64,000 nt of DNA, taken from positions 2,592,001 to 2,656,000 of the forward strand of contig OZ244720.1 of NCBI GenBank assembly GCA_965219085.1. The letters are read 5' to 3'. This document shows, piece by piece, positions 23,101 through 30,052 of the stretch (positions within the stretch are counted from its first letter, which is position 1; every line of letters begins with the position of its first letter). This stretch comes from Dehalococcoidia bacterium. Its GTDB lineage: Bacteria > Chloroflexota > Dehalococcoidia > UBA2979. Both the position numbers and the translations under genes were made by a program. The notes beneath the pieces are model-generated. The model saw nothing but the letters and a program-made list of their open reading frames with translations. It searched no databases and had not been told where the DNA came from.

Positions 23101-24711
23101 AGCGGCGGCGGCGGGGGTGGTGGCGGCCCGTCGGGGCCCTCGCCGAGCGAGCTGGACTTCGAGTGGAACGTGAAGCGCGACCTCGAAGCGCTGGACGGCG
23201 GCCACGACACGCCGACCGGCTCCTGGTCGGACGGCACAACCCTCTGGATACTCGAAAACGGCTCCGGCGCCGACGACGCCATCTACGCCTACGACCTGAA
23301 CACGGGCGAACGCCTGGAGGAGCGCGAGTTCGAACTCGACGAGCGCAACCGCGCACCGCGCGGCGTCTGGTCCAACGGCACGGTCATCTGGGTCTCCGAC
23401 AGCGGCCAGGACCGCCTCTTCGTCTACGACCTCGGGACGGGCGAGCGGCTGCCGGAGCGCGACCTCGAGCTCGGCGAGCGCAACGGCGGCGCCCGCGGCA
23501 TCTGGTCCGACGGCGTCACGATGTGGGTGCTCGACAGCCTCTTCGCCTACGACCTCGGGAGCGGCGAGCTGCTGGCGGAGTACGCCCTCGACGACGCCAA
23601 CGGGAGTCCCCACGGGATCTGGTCGGACGGCGTCACGATCTGGGTCTCGGACCACGGCGCGAAGCGGCTCTTCGCCTACCGCCTCGAGGATGGGGCGCTC
23701 GTACGCAACAGCGAGGAGGAGTTCACGGAGCTGAGCAAGGCCTCCAACAACAGCCCGCGCGGCATCTGGTCGGACGGCGAGGTGATCTACGTGGCCGACG
23801 AGAGCGACGACAAGGTCTACAGCTACAACATGCCCGACGCGATCGACGCGCGCCTCGCCTCACTGTCGCTGAGCGGCATCGAGATCGGGGAGTTCTCGGG
23901 GGACCGCACGGAGTACGACGGCGTCGCCGCCGAGGGCGTGACGGAGACGACGGTCGAGGCGGAGGCGATGCAGCGCCGTACGGATGTCGCCATCGACCCG
24001 CCCGACGGCGACGGGGACGAGGCGAACGGGCACCAGGTGGCGCTGGAGGGCGTCGAAGAGATCACCGTCACCGTCACCTCGGCCGACGACAGCCGCACGA
24101 AGGTCTACCGTGTGCGCTTCCCTGAGGTGGCGTGGGACCCGGCCCGCGATCCCTGGCCGCACTGCCTGCGCGGCGCCGTCTCCGAGGGCTTCAGTCTCAT
24201 CGTCTACGAGGGGGGCAGCGTCGAAGAGCTGCTCGCCTGCGCGGAGAGCCGGGAGATCGTGGCCCTCTACGCCCTGCATGAGGGTGTCTACATTTCCTAC
24301 ATCCTCGGGGCGCCGGACTTCGTCAACCGCGAGTTCACTGAGCTGTTCGCCGGCGGGTTCCCGGTCATGACGCCTCTCGTCGCCGGCAGCAACGGACCGC
24401 CCTCGGCGGACCCGTTCGGGGATGACCTTGACGCCGCTGGGCCGCAGCCGTGGCCGGAGTGCCTGCGCGGGGACGTTGTCGAGGGCTTCAGCCTCGTCAT
24501 CTACGAGGGCGGTAGCGTCGATGATCTCGTGAACTGCGCAGAGAGCTTGCGCGTCACGGCCCTCTACGCGCTCCACGACGGCGAGTTCGTCTCCTACATC
24601 CTCGGCGCGCCTGCGTTCGTGAACCGCGAGTTCAGGGAGTTGTTCGCCGACGGCCTGCCCGCCGTCACGCCGCTGGTCGCCAAGAGCGAGGGGCCTCACG
24701 AGGCCAACTGA
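11191..24711 (+). CDS. Giant secreted surface protein (4,506 aa): PPC-like domains, kexin-like S8 peptidase with P-domain, WSDG beta-propeller repeats, cadherin, Fn3 and other Ig-like domains, two C-terminal repeats
   Basis: Catalytic triad motifs VAVVD, HHGTYVAG, GTSAATP; FAAGN oxyanion motif; LTWRDLK; many GIWSDGTTMWVAD repeats; cadherin motifs ATDADGD/LDYE; ATG at 11191 overlaps upstream TGA. Confidence 0.92.
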   Translation: MRRPRPPAHGGRRAFLLARLGRNIHALLLRNAWMLLAALLVSPLLVLHATGVAGQTIETRDGDTFATATDISLGASVEGEIDSADDPDYFKLDLSGQSGTTDVVISTTGSTDTTGKLYGSDEMLIMEDDNSGTDTNFHMEETLSPGVYYVLVEGSGSATGSYTLYAKPVLSPGSSVEMSIDSIGEVDHHILDLTGETGTTDVSLFAVSDNLRLVRSNGSKPDRLTNTDALGQRRVLHHWYYTDVDGGTAYAFDVKSDDVEEESWRTGDYRVHFATVPSGAGSFFDPTTLSLDVPTSGKLRSLDHYFGLTLDEPKDLVIMTFLSARAVILDSDGNEISVNDTYDHSSEYLYSTISDDFAAGNYFVKISAPDANSFNPVYYALYAYEDTGYGEWSDACDVATGALTFQVSDPLYACQWHLNSADSAGMDIDVESVWASVTGAGVNVAVVDETIDYSHEDLAANVDSTLSYDYGPLSSAYRSIDHHGTYVAGVIAARDNAIGVRGVAPRATIYGYNLLGDGETLFSHDRAVDAMSRNQDVTGVSNNSWGLSGDSAGFVMAPTQWWTVLDGGVTQGYGGKGVFYVFAAGNGHPYGANSNLDEMINHYGVTAVCAVGAEDTRASYSEQGVNLWVCAPSQGGYEGDAAADRAIVTTENSDRYTNAFVGTSAATPIVSGVAALLRQVNPALTWRDLKLILAASARKNDPGNAGWTDGTRKYGSSNASDTYHFNREYGFGMVDAGAAVALARSWSLLPPFLDDSEQSSPLNAAIPDNNTSGITSSLTLDTDIEFTEFVEVEVTIDHSYWRDLQIELESPDGAVSTLAVAAQVSPSASPGTFRFGSAKHLGEDPNGAWKLRVSDQVAVDSGTLESWSIKVYGHGSTIRAASTGPTTATATVWQHNPDSASRTVHLRHSDNDGATWSTPAVQTTTGASVEFSVTGLAPNAEYKLQASLDGAFADKVQADFVNRPARQDIGTASPSRNLKGLWSDGTTMWVADRTNFRIYAYTLATGARDADKDISNLAGAGNTHPEGIWSNGTTMWVSDFFDEKLYAYALDGGARDADKEFNLAAANTSHWGLWSDGATIWVADSGDEKLYAYALDGGAREADKDINTLAAGNAYPWGLWSDSTTMWVSDLSNGRVYAYTLATGADEGRKFNTLAAGNGNPFGIWSDGKTMWVADSQGKLYAYYVPANTNLSALSVNGTPVADFRPGFTTYQLAVANLVTQATVSGDAADGDATVAYGGAANATGQVDLVEGRNVVTVTVTAEDAAITKDYTVSINRASAAPYGWRADKDLDTLAAAGNTFPFDIWSDSTTAWVVDWQDQKLYAYTLATGARNAVKEFDLKSGNTSPTGIWSDGATIWVGDSQDDMFYAYMLDTGARVSNKDLDPSLVAVGDLWSDGTTMWMADFGNRKLYAYTVVTGRRNPDKDIDLTTTNVYGHGLWSDGTTMWVADLQGKLYAYALDGGARKAGQDFDTLAAAGNISSRGIWSDGETMWVADSHDAKIYAYNMPPPNSPPEFSDGASTTRSVAENTAPGENVGSAVAATDVDGDTLTYTLEGTDAASFDIVTTSGQILTSAALNYEQKTSYSVTVSVADGEGGTDTIGVTINVTDVNEKPATPGPPTVTATANITTSLDVSWTAPGLNGGPALTGYEVRYRISGSWIDWTHSGTGTSATITGLTASTTYDVQVRALNGETPSAWSSTGTGSTGTPANNAPEFSDGASTTRSVAENTASGANVGSAVTATDADGDTLTYTLDGTDAASFDITSTSGQILTSAALNYEQKTSYSVTVSVADGEGGTDTIGVTISVTDVNEKPTTPGAPTVTATSNTTDSLDVSWTAPGLNGGPALTGYEVRYRISGSWIDWTHSGTGTSATITGLTASTTYDVQVRALNGETPSDWSSTGAGSTGTPANNAPEFSDGTSTARSVAENTASGANVGSAVTATDADGDTLTYTLGGTDAASFSIVGASGQIQTSAALDHETKSSYSVTVSVADGEGGTDTIGVTISITDVDEPPSAPAAPAISGVSGFNDRLLVSWTAPSDTDRPAVTDYDVQYRESGVGAWSDWSHTGTATTTTITGLDAGATYQVQVRAENDEGEGAWSASGTQATNAPPAFAGSTTTRAVEENTAAGMGVGAVVTATDADNDTLTYSLEGTDASSFVIVANSGGIQTKSNVTYDHEAKSTYSVTVRAKDGQGGDATISVTITITDVDEPPSAPAAPGVAFTSGTTDGLDVSWDAPVDTGKPPLTSFEVQYRKTSASTWATWLFVGPGATAKIKGLDAGTEYEVQVRANNDEGMSAWSASGMAETDAAPAFASGDCQYNSCTVTFGESLDSTSGNTPPVGAFTLTAGGASLTIGGVSVSGTTVTLSSVSPFIRQGQAITLAYADPSTNNDTAALQDALGNDVASFSETLTNSSPYDFPSEPTQLSALQNGRNQIDVEWTAPTDNGGDANFSYRLEVSTDAGANWTTQVASQTATTYNHTGLMAGDTRHYRVFTVNIIGDSRASSTASATTNRPPTGALVIDGTAQVAEKLTANTSNISDADGLPADDQFNFQWLRVAGGNEFSIPGATQSSYRPVPADLGQTLRVRLDYDDNAEFAETLTSAATAAVQESPYGEIVWAATLTAGQAGTTLGFNSTGPVGSLEAKTFAPGAITVSQLTYDGGAGTFAVTGLGSGDYILYLGSGPQGAHALIVDPASDADDVFDFSSTGLSWSAGQAVEVRLTLNREPVGVPLISGAAVEGTTLTAGIENVTDADGLPASDQFRYQWIVTDGGTESEITGATGTTYTPELTDLGKTYTVRVDYTDNANFPESLTSAPTDPIEVRGQVIWSAELTVEGWGEPSLRSFGFDASSATVRGALQPDTIIHNGAYEVESLLYSGHQSFGTGPVLNKTMLFSTTTELPAGDYALWVVDDDGDADLGDLPFIFPAADADGFLQNPVVLTWADDDTVDVRLTVNRLPGGALTISGQAKVGTTVTADVSGVSDADGLPASGEFRYQWFTVDSGSNTPIGGETDQNYTPVSADLGKSIRVRLRYTDDAFFTNTVFSAAAVVASGTGNHPPQFSTTSTSRTLTENTGAGVNVGAAVSASDADSGDSLTYTLEGTDAGSFDIVPASGQIQTKTGVTYDFETQTSYSVTVKADDGNGGTDTVAVTINVVNVNEPPVISGVSSVSYAEGGTAEVASYSATDEEGATITWSLSGTDAGDFEIGANSGVLTFKTSPDYDNPADGNGDNDYLIRVQASDGTNLVPFDVTVTVTGVDELPTIPSGPASVDYAENGTAAVATYSATDPEGDTITWALIGPDAGAFAIDAGGVLTFAATPDYENPSDQGGQSGDNVYSLLVVASDAGNNTALLAVTVTVTPVDETPVVGGQANVSYAENGTADVETYSAADPEGDPITWSLAGADAGDLAIDATGVLTFTAPPDYEDPRDQGGDNEYVVTVQAFDGTNMGTREVTVTVIDVNEPPVISGDATVGFAEHATGSVATYTADDPDDATIIWTLAGTDSGFFSLSGGVLTFDTPPNFELPQDANFSNDYEITIGASDGANPVSQAVTVTVVDLEEPGTISLSSPQPQVGTGLTSTLDERDAIVVAAVRKWHRSPDGSTAWTLILGATASSYTPVQGDLNYYLRVTVSYTDTHGPKTPEAVSENAVRPVPAGANHRPEFDEGFSTTRSVAENSAGDTPIGDPVEATDADPADVVALTYSLSGSDLFTVDPATGQIAVAEGAVLNHEAQASHTVTLTVADPGGLEDTITVTITITDVNEAPEPVGDDATTNEDTPVMIEVLDNDSDPEDDDLTVSSFNSPANGSVARARDDPNKLTYTPDPDFHGVDTFTYQATDARGLFGEATVVVMVNPVNDAPEFPAGPVQRSVVETAQAGDKVGDPVEAIDPDVGDTLTYALSGIDVSSFGIDGDTGQITVAADVDLEPTTEDNLALSVTVTATEVRTDGQSPASDSIQVTITVTTGSTGPVISGGGGGGGGPSGPSPSELDFEWNVKRDLEALDGGHDTPTGSWSDGTTLWILENGSGADDAIYAYDLNTGERLEEREFELDERNRAPRGVWSNGTVIWVSDSGQDRLFVYDLGTGERLPERDLELGERNGGARGIWSDGVTMWVLDSLFAYDLGSGELLAEYALDDANGSPHGIWSDGVTIWVSDHGAKRLFAYRLEDGALVRNSEEEFTELSKASNNSPRGIWSDGEVIYVADESDDKVYSYNMPDAIDARLASLSLSGIEIGEFSGDRTEYDGVAAEGVTETTVEAEAMQRRTDVAIDPPDGDGDEANGHQVALEGVEEITVTVTSADDSRTKVYRVRFPEVAWDPARDPWPHCLRGAVSEGFSLIVYEGGSVEELLACAESREIVALYALHEGVYISYILGAPDFVNREFTELFAGGFPVMTPLVAGSNGPPSADPFGDDLDAAGPQPWPECLRGDVVEGFSLVIYEGGSVDDLVNCAESLRVTALYALHDGEFVSYILGAPAFVNREFRELFADGLPAVTPLVAKSEGPHEAN
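15725..17220 (+). repeat. About 2.5 near-identical 600-bp tandem units (cadherin + Fn3) inside the giant gene
   Basis: CGCCGGAGTTCAGCGACGGG recurs at 15725, 16325 and 16925 with long identical stretches. Confidence 0.9.
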
Positions 24712-26516
24712 TCGCTCTTCGCTGCCTGCGCCAGCTCGTAACGGCAACCGCCTATCGGCCTGGTGGAGGCAACGCCGCCTCCCATGAGTAGCGCAGCGTT
24801 TGGTGTGGATTGGAAAACCGAGACCTCCGTCTCGAACCAGACGATCGTCGGGAAGTCGACGAGGTCGAGGCCCGTCTGCACGAGCCGCGGGTGGCAGACG
24901 AGCACGTCGGCACCCTCCTCGACGCGCTGCGCCACCCACGCCTCGCGGCGCTCAGGCGGGACGGCGTCGGACTTCATGACGGCCACCCGGAAGCCGTGGC
25001 GGCCGAGGAAGTCCTCCATCCGCCCCGTGATGTCGCGCGTCCCGGTGTGGGTCGCGTAGACGAGCACCCGGCGGCCCTGGACCCGCTCGGCGGCGACGAG
25101 GTCGACCAGCGCCTGCTCCTTCGGGTAGAGCTTCTCCGCAGGGAGCGGCGGCACCTGTACGAGCAGCTCTTCGCCCTCCGGGTCGAAGACCGCCTCGCCG
25201 CGCGTGCAGCCGTCGGGGTAGGCCAGCAGCGTCTGCAGGTAGGTCGCGAGCAGCCGCCGCGAGCCCTTCGAGAGCGCGTCGGCGAGCGCCGCCCGCAGCG
25301 TCCCGAAGAGCGTGTCGTAGCCGCTGTGCTGCGAGAGCCCGGCGGCGTCCGCCTCCGCGTCCATCGAGGAGAGCAGCACGCGCTCCTCGTAGGCCGGGAG
25401 TCCCGAGGCCACGTCGGCGAGCCGCAGGAAGACGCTGTTGCCGATGAGGTGGAAGAGGGCGGCCGGGGCGAGCCCCGGGCGCTCCCGGATCACCTTCCGG
25501 TACTTGCGCCTGCGGCTCGTGCGCCCGTCCTCGAGTGAGTCGCCGTCGTCGCGGCCGATCGTGTGCTCGACGAAGCCGTAGCGCTCGATCCAGCGGCCCT
25601 CCTCGGAGCGCCCGAACTCCCCCCGAATCTCCGGGCTGAACCGGTAGAGCAGGTGGAAGAGCGTCGAGGAATAGCCGCCCATGAGCGTGCCGCTCAGGCT
25701 GAGCGACTTGCCGCAGACGTCGGCGAGGATGCCGGCGGCGATGCCCTGGGCGGAGCCGCGGCCCTTGTACTCGTGCACCTCGTCGCCGACGAGCAGGTCG
25801 AAGAAGCCCTTCAGGCGGTGCTTCACGTAGTCGGCGAGCGGGTAGCGCTTCGGACCGGAGCGGTCGGCCTGCCAGAGGGCGGAGCCGCACTCCGGGCACC
25901 AGCGCTTGCGGCGGCCGAGGTCACGGCCGAGCAGGGGCACGCCGTCCTTGTCGACGATCTGGGCGTGGCAGTCCGGGCAGCACGGCACGCGGAACGGCTC
26001 GCCCGTCTCCTCGTGGCGGACGAGGCGGCCGCGCACCGTCGCCCAGCGCTCCACCGTGGCGGGCTGCCAGCGGTAGGAGAGCTTGGCGCGCTCGCGCGAC
26101 ATGATCGCGAAGAGCGGGCCGAGGCCGGTCGTGGCGCGCAGCCGCTCGAGGTCGGTGATCGAGGCGACGATGACGGCGCGGGCGCCGGGCACCGTCTCCT
26201 CGACCTCGCGCTTCCACTTGCGGGTGAGGTGCGGCGGGCAGAGCACGAGCACCCGCTCGAAGCCGGCCATGTGCGCCGCCGAGGCGGCGATGAAGGTCTT
26301 GCCCGTGCCCATCTCGCCGACCACGGTCGTGCCGCGCTGCGCCTCGAGCGAGAGCGCCGCGCCGCGGATCGCGTCGGCCTGCGCCCCCAGGGGAGCGCGC
26401 AGCAGGGGCGGGAGTTCGCGGCCCGGCTCGGAGGGCCGGTAGCGGGGTGGGTAGGACTCCACCACCCGCCGGGCGATGGCGTCGCGGTATGCGTCGATGA
26501 ATCCTGCGAGGTCCAT
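24696..26516 (-). pseudogene. SF2 (SNF2/DEAD-like) helicase, apparently 3'-truncated
   Basis: GEMGTGKT, DEVHEYK, SGT, LVQTGLDL motifs present; no arginine-rich motif VI; reads into unrelated sequence after WFETE at about 24826. Confidence 0.75.
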
Positions 26517-26552
26517 GGTTCCGTTCCTTTCTTGCTTTGGTCGTGACGTGGC

Positions 26553-26584
26553 GAGGCCCCGCGATCGCATGACCGCGGGGCCTC
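26553..26584. other. Perfect 11-bp inverted repeat between MTase and helicase
   Basis: GAGGCCCCGCG-N10-CGCGGGGCCTC. Confidence 0.6.
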
Positions 26585-26609
26585 GTGGATGCGGCCCGGT
26601 GTCGAGCCG

Positions 26610-27644
26610 TCAGGCGGCGATGTCGGTGATCTCGCCGATGTCGAGGTCGAGGGCGACGACGGTGGTGCGCAGCCGCTCTCGGTAGGTCTCCTTCTCCGGC
26701 GTGGTCTCGACCAGCACCATCTCCTTGCTGGTGCGGCCCTTGACGAGGATGCGGCTGCCGTCGGCCTCGAGTTGGAGGTTGTCGAGGAAGCCGGCCGCGA
26801 CCAGCATCGCGAGGTGGCCGCGCCGCAGCGGCATGAGCGGCCGCGTTCGCCCGTCCTCCGCCGGCCAGAGCGCGTCGGTGACCGTGGCGCTGACCCAGAG
26901 CCCGGAGCGCCGCGACTCGGCCGCCGCGGCGACCGGGTCGATGGTGCGGGTGGCGAAGAGCACCTCGCCGCCCACGCTCGCCCGCGCGTTGTAGACCGGG
27001 TAGCGCTGCCGGCTCAGCTCCTCGACGTTGCCCTCCATGCACTCCTGCAGCCGCACGGCGCTGTACTGGTCGTACTGCACCTCGGCCTTGCGCGTGCCGG
27101 TGACGACGACCTGGTCGAAGGCCTCACGCTCCGGGTCGGGGAAGGCCCAGCAGCGCAGCCGCGCGTAGTGCGAGGCGAGGTAGTTGGCGGAGCCCGCCAG
27201 CCGCCGCCTCGGCACCACGAACACGAGCAGCCCATGCTCGGCCAGGTAGCGCGTGCAGTGCCGCAGGAACGCGTGCTCGGTCCGCTTCTCCTCGCCCGCG
27301 TCGTCGTCGTACGGCGGGTTCAGGTAGAGCAGCCCGAACGCCCCGTTGGCGATCGAGGTCTGGAAGAGGTCCGTGCCGAGCACGTGGTCGAGGCGGCCCT
27401 CCGCCTCATGTGCGCGCTCGGCGTGGAGCTCGACCCCGTAGGTCTCGACGGCGGAGCCGTCGGGTCGGCCGATGCGCGCGGCGAGGTCGGCCAGCGCATC
27501 CCCGGCCCCGCAGCAGGGGTCGAGGACGCGCAGCGCGGTCTCGCCGCGAGCGGTGCTGCGAGCCTGCATCAGGCTCGCGATCATCTCGGTGACGCGTGGC
27601 GGCGTCGGGTAGAACCCGCCCTTCGCCTGTGCGGCCAGTCTCAT
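26610..27644 (-). CDS. Class I SAM-dependent (amino) DNA methyltransferase, DUF6094-like
   Basis: GGFYPTP, LDPCCGAG, LYLNPPY motifs. Confidence 0.85.
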   Translation of the reverse strand: MRLAAQAKGGFYPTPPRVTEMIASLMQARSTARGETALRVLDPCCGAGDALADLAARIGRPDGSAVETYGVELHAERAHEAEGRLDHVLGTDLFQTSIANGAFGLLYLNPPYDDDAGEEKRTEHAFLRHCTRYLAEHGLLVFVVPRRRLAGSANYLASHYARLRCWAFPDPEREAFDQVVVTGTRKAEVQYDQYSAVRLQECMEGNVEELSRQRYPVYNARASVGGEVLFATRTIDPVAAAAESRRSGLWVSATVTDALWPAEDGRTRPLMPLRRGHLAMLVAAGFLDNLQLEADGSRILVKGRTSKEMVLVETTPEKETYRERLRTTVVALDLDIGEITDIAA

Positions 27645-28294
27645 CTCGTGTCTCCTTCCGGGTGTTCGCTGGTTGACTGCTCACGCGGCAGCGTGAGCGT
27701 CCCGGCCGCCACGGCGTGCGAGAGGTCCTCGCGCAGCGCCTCGGCGTCCGGGGTGCAGCGGTAGGCGGCGATGCCGGCCGACTGCAGCGGCACGATCTCG
27801 CCCTCCGCCAGTCCCCGCTGCCACAGCCAGTCCGCCCAACTGCGGTGCAGGGGCAGCGGGCTGCGGCGGTCGAGGAAGCGGTGGTGCAGGGCGGGCGCCT
27901 CGTCCTCGCCGGGGGCGAGCAAGAGGAACCCGTCCCGCTCGAAGGCGTACTCGGCCATCCGCGTGTAGACGAGGGCATGCCAGCCCCCCGAGACCGGCAG
28001 GCGAGCGATCTTCGTCGTCCACGTCCCCAGCGTCTCGTAGGGGATCTCGCAGCGGTGGAAGCCGCCGGAGAGCACCGTCCCGTCCGTGCCGACGAGCAGG
28101 TGGGCGGTCTCCGGTGGCCGCTTGAGGAGGGCGGCCCAGATTGCCTTGAGGGCGCTCTGGGCTCCGACCATCGAGAGGAACCAGAGTCCCTCCGAGTCGG
28201 GGTCGCGCGCGAACGCGTCGGCCGTGGCCGAGAAGCCGTTCGCGCTGATCGTGTACAGGTCCCGGGTGTCCGGGGCGGCGTGGGCCGCGGTCAT
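27641..28294 (-). CDS. Hypothetical ICE protein coupled to the methyltransferase
   Basis: AAGGAG RBS, ATGA overlap with MTase, globular composition. Confidence 0.75.
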   Translation of the reverse strand: MTAAHAAPDTRDLYTISANGFSATADAFARDPDSEGLWFLSMVGAQSALKAIWAALLKRPPETAHLLVGTDGTVLSGGFHRCEIPYETLGTWTTKIARLPVSGGWHALVYTRMAEYAFERDGFLLLAPGEDEAPALHHRFLDRRSPLPLHRSWADWLWQRGLAEGEIVPLQSAGIAAYRCTPDAEALREDLSHAVAAGTLTLPREQSTSEHPEGDTR

Positions 28295-28354
28295 GGCCTG
28301 TCTCCTTCCGTAGGTGCCTGGTGGTTCGTGCGCGGGCACGGGCCCGCGTCTGCG

Positions 28355-28852
28355 TCAGCCGCCGAAGAGCCCGCGCTCCCGGAGGCTGACGGCCTCGTCG
28401 CCGATCACGATGTGGTCGAGCAGTTCGATGCCGAGCAGCGTCGCCGCCTCCGCCAGCGCCTTCGTGACGTCGACGTCGTTCGTGCTCGGCGTGGCGTCGC
28501 CCGACGGGTGGTTGTGGACGACGATCAGGTTGGGAACGGCCTCGACGACCGCCGGGCGCAGCACCTCGGCCAGCCGGACGACTGCCGAGTAGCAGTTGCC
28601 GAGGTAGATCACCCGCTGCCCCACGACGCGGTTGCGGCGGTCGAGCAACAGCACGCGCAGTTGCTCCTGCGCGAGCATCCCCATCTCCGGCCCCAGCAGC
28701 CGCTGCACGTCCTCCGGCGATCCGATGATCGGAGCGTCCGGCTCGCGCTCAGGCCGCGTCTCGACCTCGTAGCGCACGGCCAGCTCGCCCAGGACGTCCA
28801 GGTTGCTGCGCAGCGCCGCGAGCAGCGCGTCCGCGTGCGCGGTGGCGGTCAT
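28355..28852 (-). CDS. radC: RadC/JAB (MPN) domain protein
   Basis: QEQLRVLLLD, HNHPSGDATPSTND, LLDHIVIG. Confidence 0.9.
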   Translation of the reverse strand: MTATAHADALLAALRSNLDVLGELAVRYEVETRPEREPDAPIIGSPEDVQRLLGPEMGMLAQEQLRVLLLDRRNRVVGQRVIYLGNCYSAVVRLAEVLRPAVVEAVPNLIVVHNHPSGDATPSTNDVDVTKALAEAATLLGIELLDHIVIGDEAVSLRERGLFGG

Positions 28853-29385
28853 GCCGTCACCTCCACGGGGATCGCCTGCCCGAGGGGGCAGATGCAGTCC
28901 TGGTGGTCGGGCGAGGCGTCGTCGTCGCAGTCGAGGCAGTTGCCGCAGTTGCGGCAGGCCACCCGCTGGTGGGAGGCGTCGCGGGCGTGCCGCCGGGCGA
29001 CGGTGTCCTCCCAGCAGCAGTTCAGCTCGCAGTTGTCGCCGTGGCCGTCCCCGGCCTCGGCGGCGTCCTGCTCGCAGTCGCGGCAGTGCGTGCGTCCGCG
29101 CACGACGGGGTGGCCGCAGCCGGCGCAGTCCCCGCCGTAGTCGCCGCTGCGCTCGAGCTCGGCCCGCACGATCTGGCGGGCGGAGGGGTGGCCCTCGGGC
29201 CCGCCGGACTCGGCGACGTAGTGCCAGGCCCACTTCGCCCCGAGGTCGGCCCAGTCGTCGGTGCGGTAGGACCAGCCGTCGCAGGTGCAGTGGCCGTTGA
29301 AGTGGTCCGGACCCTCGAGCAGGGTCATGACCAGTGTGTGCGCGCTCCAGGTCGGGAGCGCGTCGCGTTCGGTAGTGCGCGCCAT
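28849..29385 (-). CDS. Cys/His-rich hypothetical protein, probably metal-binding
   Basis: AAGGAG RBS; HCTC, CAGC, CRDC, CRNCGNCLDC, CIC; ATGA overlap with radC. Confidence 0.7.
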   Translation of the reverse strand: MARTTERDALPTWSAHTLVMTLLEGPDHFNGHCTCDGWSYRTDDWADLGAKWAWHYVAESGGPEGHPSARQIVRAELERSGDYGGDCAGCGHPVVRGRTHCRDCEQDAAEAGDGHGDNCELNCCWEDTVARRHARDASHQRVACRNCGNCLDCDDDASPDHQDCICPLGQAIPVEVTA

Positions 29386-29503
29386 GTTGCTTCTCCTTGG
29401 TGGTGGTGCTGATCGGGTGGAACGAGAGCGGGGCCGCCCCCGTGAGGGAGCGGCCCCGTGTGCGCCCGCACGCGGCGGGCGGCGTCTGTGTGCCGTTGGT
29501 TGG

Positions 29504-29902
29504 CTAGAAGGGCTGATCGTCCGCGACCTCGGCGGCGGCCTGCTGGCCACCGTTGCCGTTGCCGTTGGAGCGCCCGTTGCCGTTCGAGTCGAGGAAGATG
29601 ACCTCCTGCGCGTGCACCTCGCTGCGGTGGCGGCGCTGGCCGTCCTGCGTCTCGTAGCTGTTCTGGGCGAGCGAGCCCGCGACGAAGATGCGGTTGCCCT
29701 TCTTCACGTACTCGGCGACGGCCTCGGCCTGCTTACCCCAGCAGACGACCGAGTGCCAGTCGGCGTCGGTCTCGCCGTTCTGGCGGCGGCGATCGGTCGC
29801 CAGCCTGAGCTGGCAGATCGCGGTGCCGTTCTGGCTGTACTTCAGTTCGGGGTCCGTGCCCACGCGGCCCAGCAGTTCGATGCGGTTGATCGTGCGCGAC
29901 AT
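29504..29902 (-). CDS. ssb: Single-stranded DNA-binding protein, copy 2
   Basis: INRIELLGRVGTDPELKY OB fold; acidic tail DDQPF. Confidence 0.95.
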   Translation of the reverse strand: MSRTINRIELLGRVGTDPELKYSQNGTAICQLRLATDRRRQNGETDADWHSVVCWGKQAEAVAEYVKKGNRIFVAGSLAQNSYETQDGQRRHRSEVHAQEVIFLDSNGNGRSNGNGNGGQQAAAEVADDQPF

Positions 29903-30052
29903 TTCAGTCTCCTTCGTTGATCTGGTGTGGTTGTCATGTGGCGGTGCGGCGTGAGCCGCACCTCGCTGGAACGGAGCGGGGCCGCCCCCGTTGAGGGAGC
30001 GGCCCCGTGTGCGCCCGCGCGCGGCGGGCGGCGTCTGTGTGCCGGTGGTTGG

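Larger units (their letters stand above)
1..24826. mobile_element. Putative nested mobilizable element inserted in the ICE helicase gene (left end outside window)
   Basis: Helicase similarity stops at a short inverted repeat (24819-24834); region has its own relaxase paralog, a copy of the ICE 300-bp non-coding block and a paralog of the small gene next to the ICE integrase. Confidence 0.55.

Noticed and set aside
16537-23655. Long minus-strand ORFs (932 and 1305 aa)
   Set aside because: Antisense shadows of the giant high-GC gene; no motifs
24712-24830. Group II intron or IS end at the helicase breakpoint
   Set aside because: No GTGCG 5' end, domain V, transposase or long terminal inverted repeat seen
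26610-27644. Restriction-modification system
   Set aside because: No cognate nuclease or specificity subunit; the MTase-helicase pair fits an ICE backbone module
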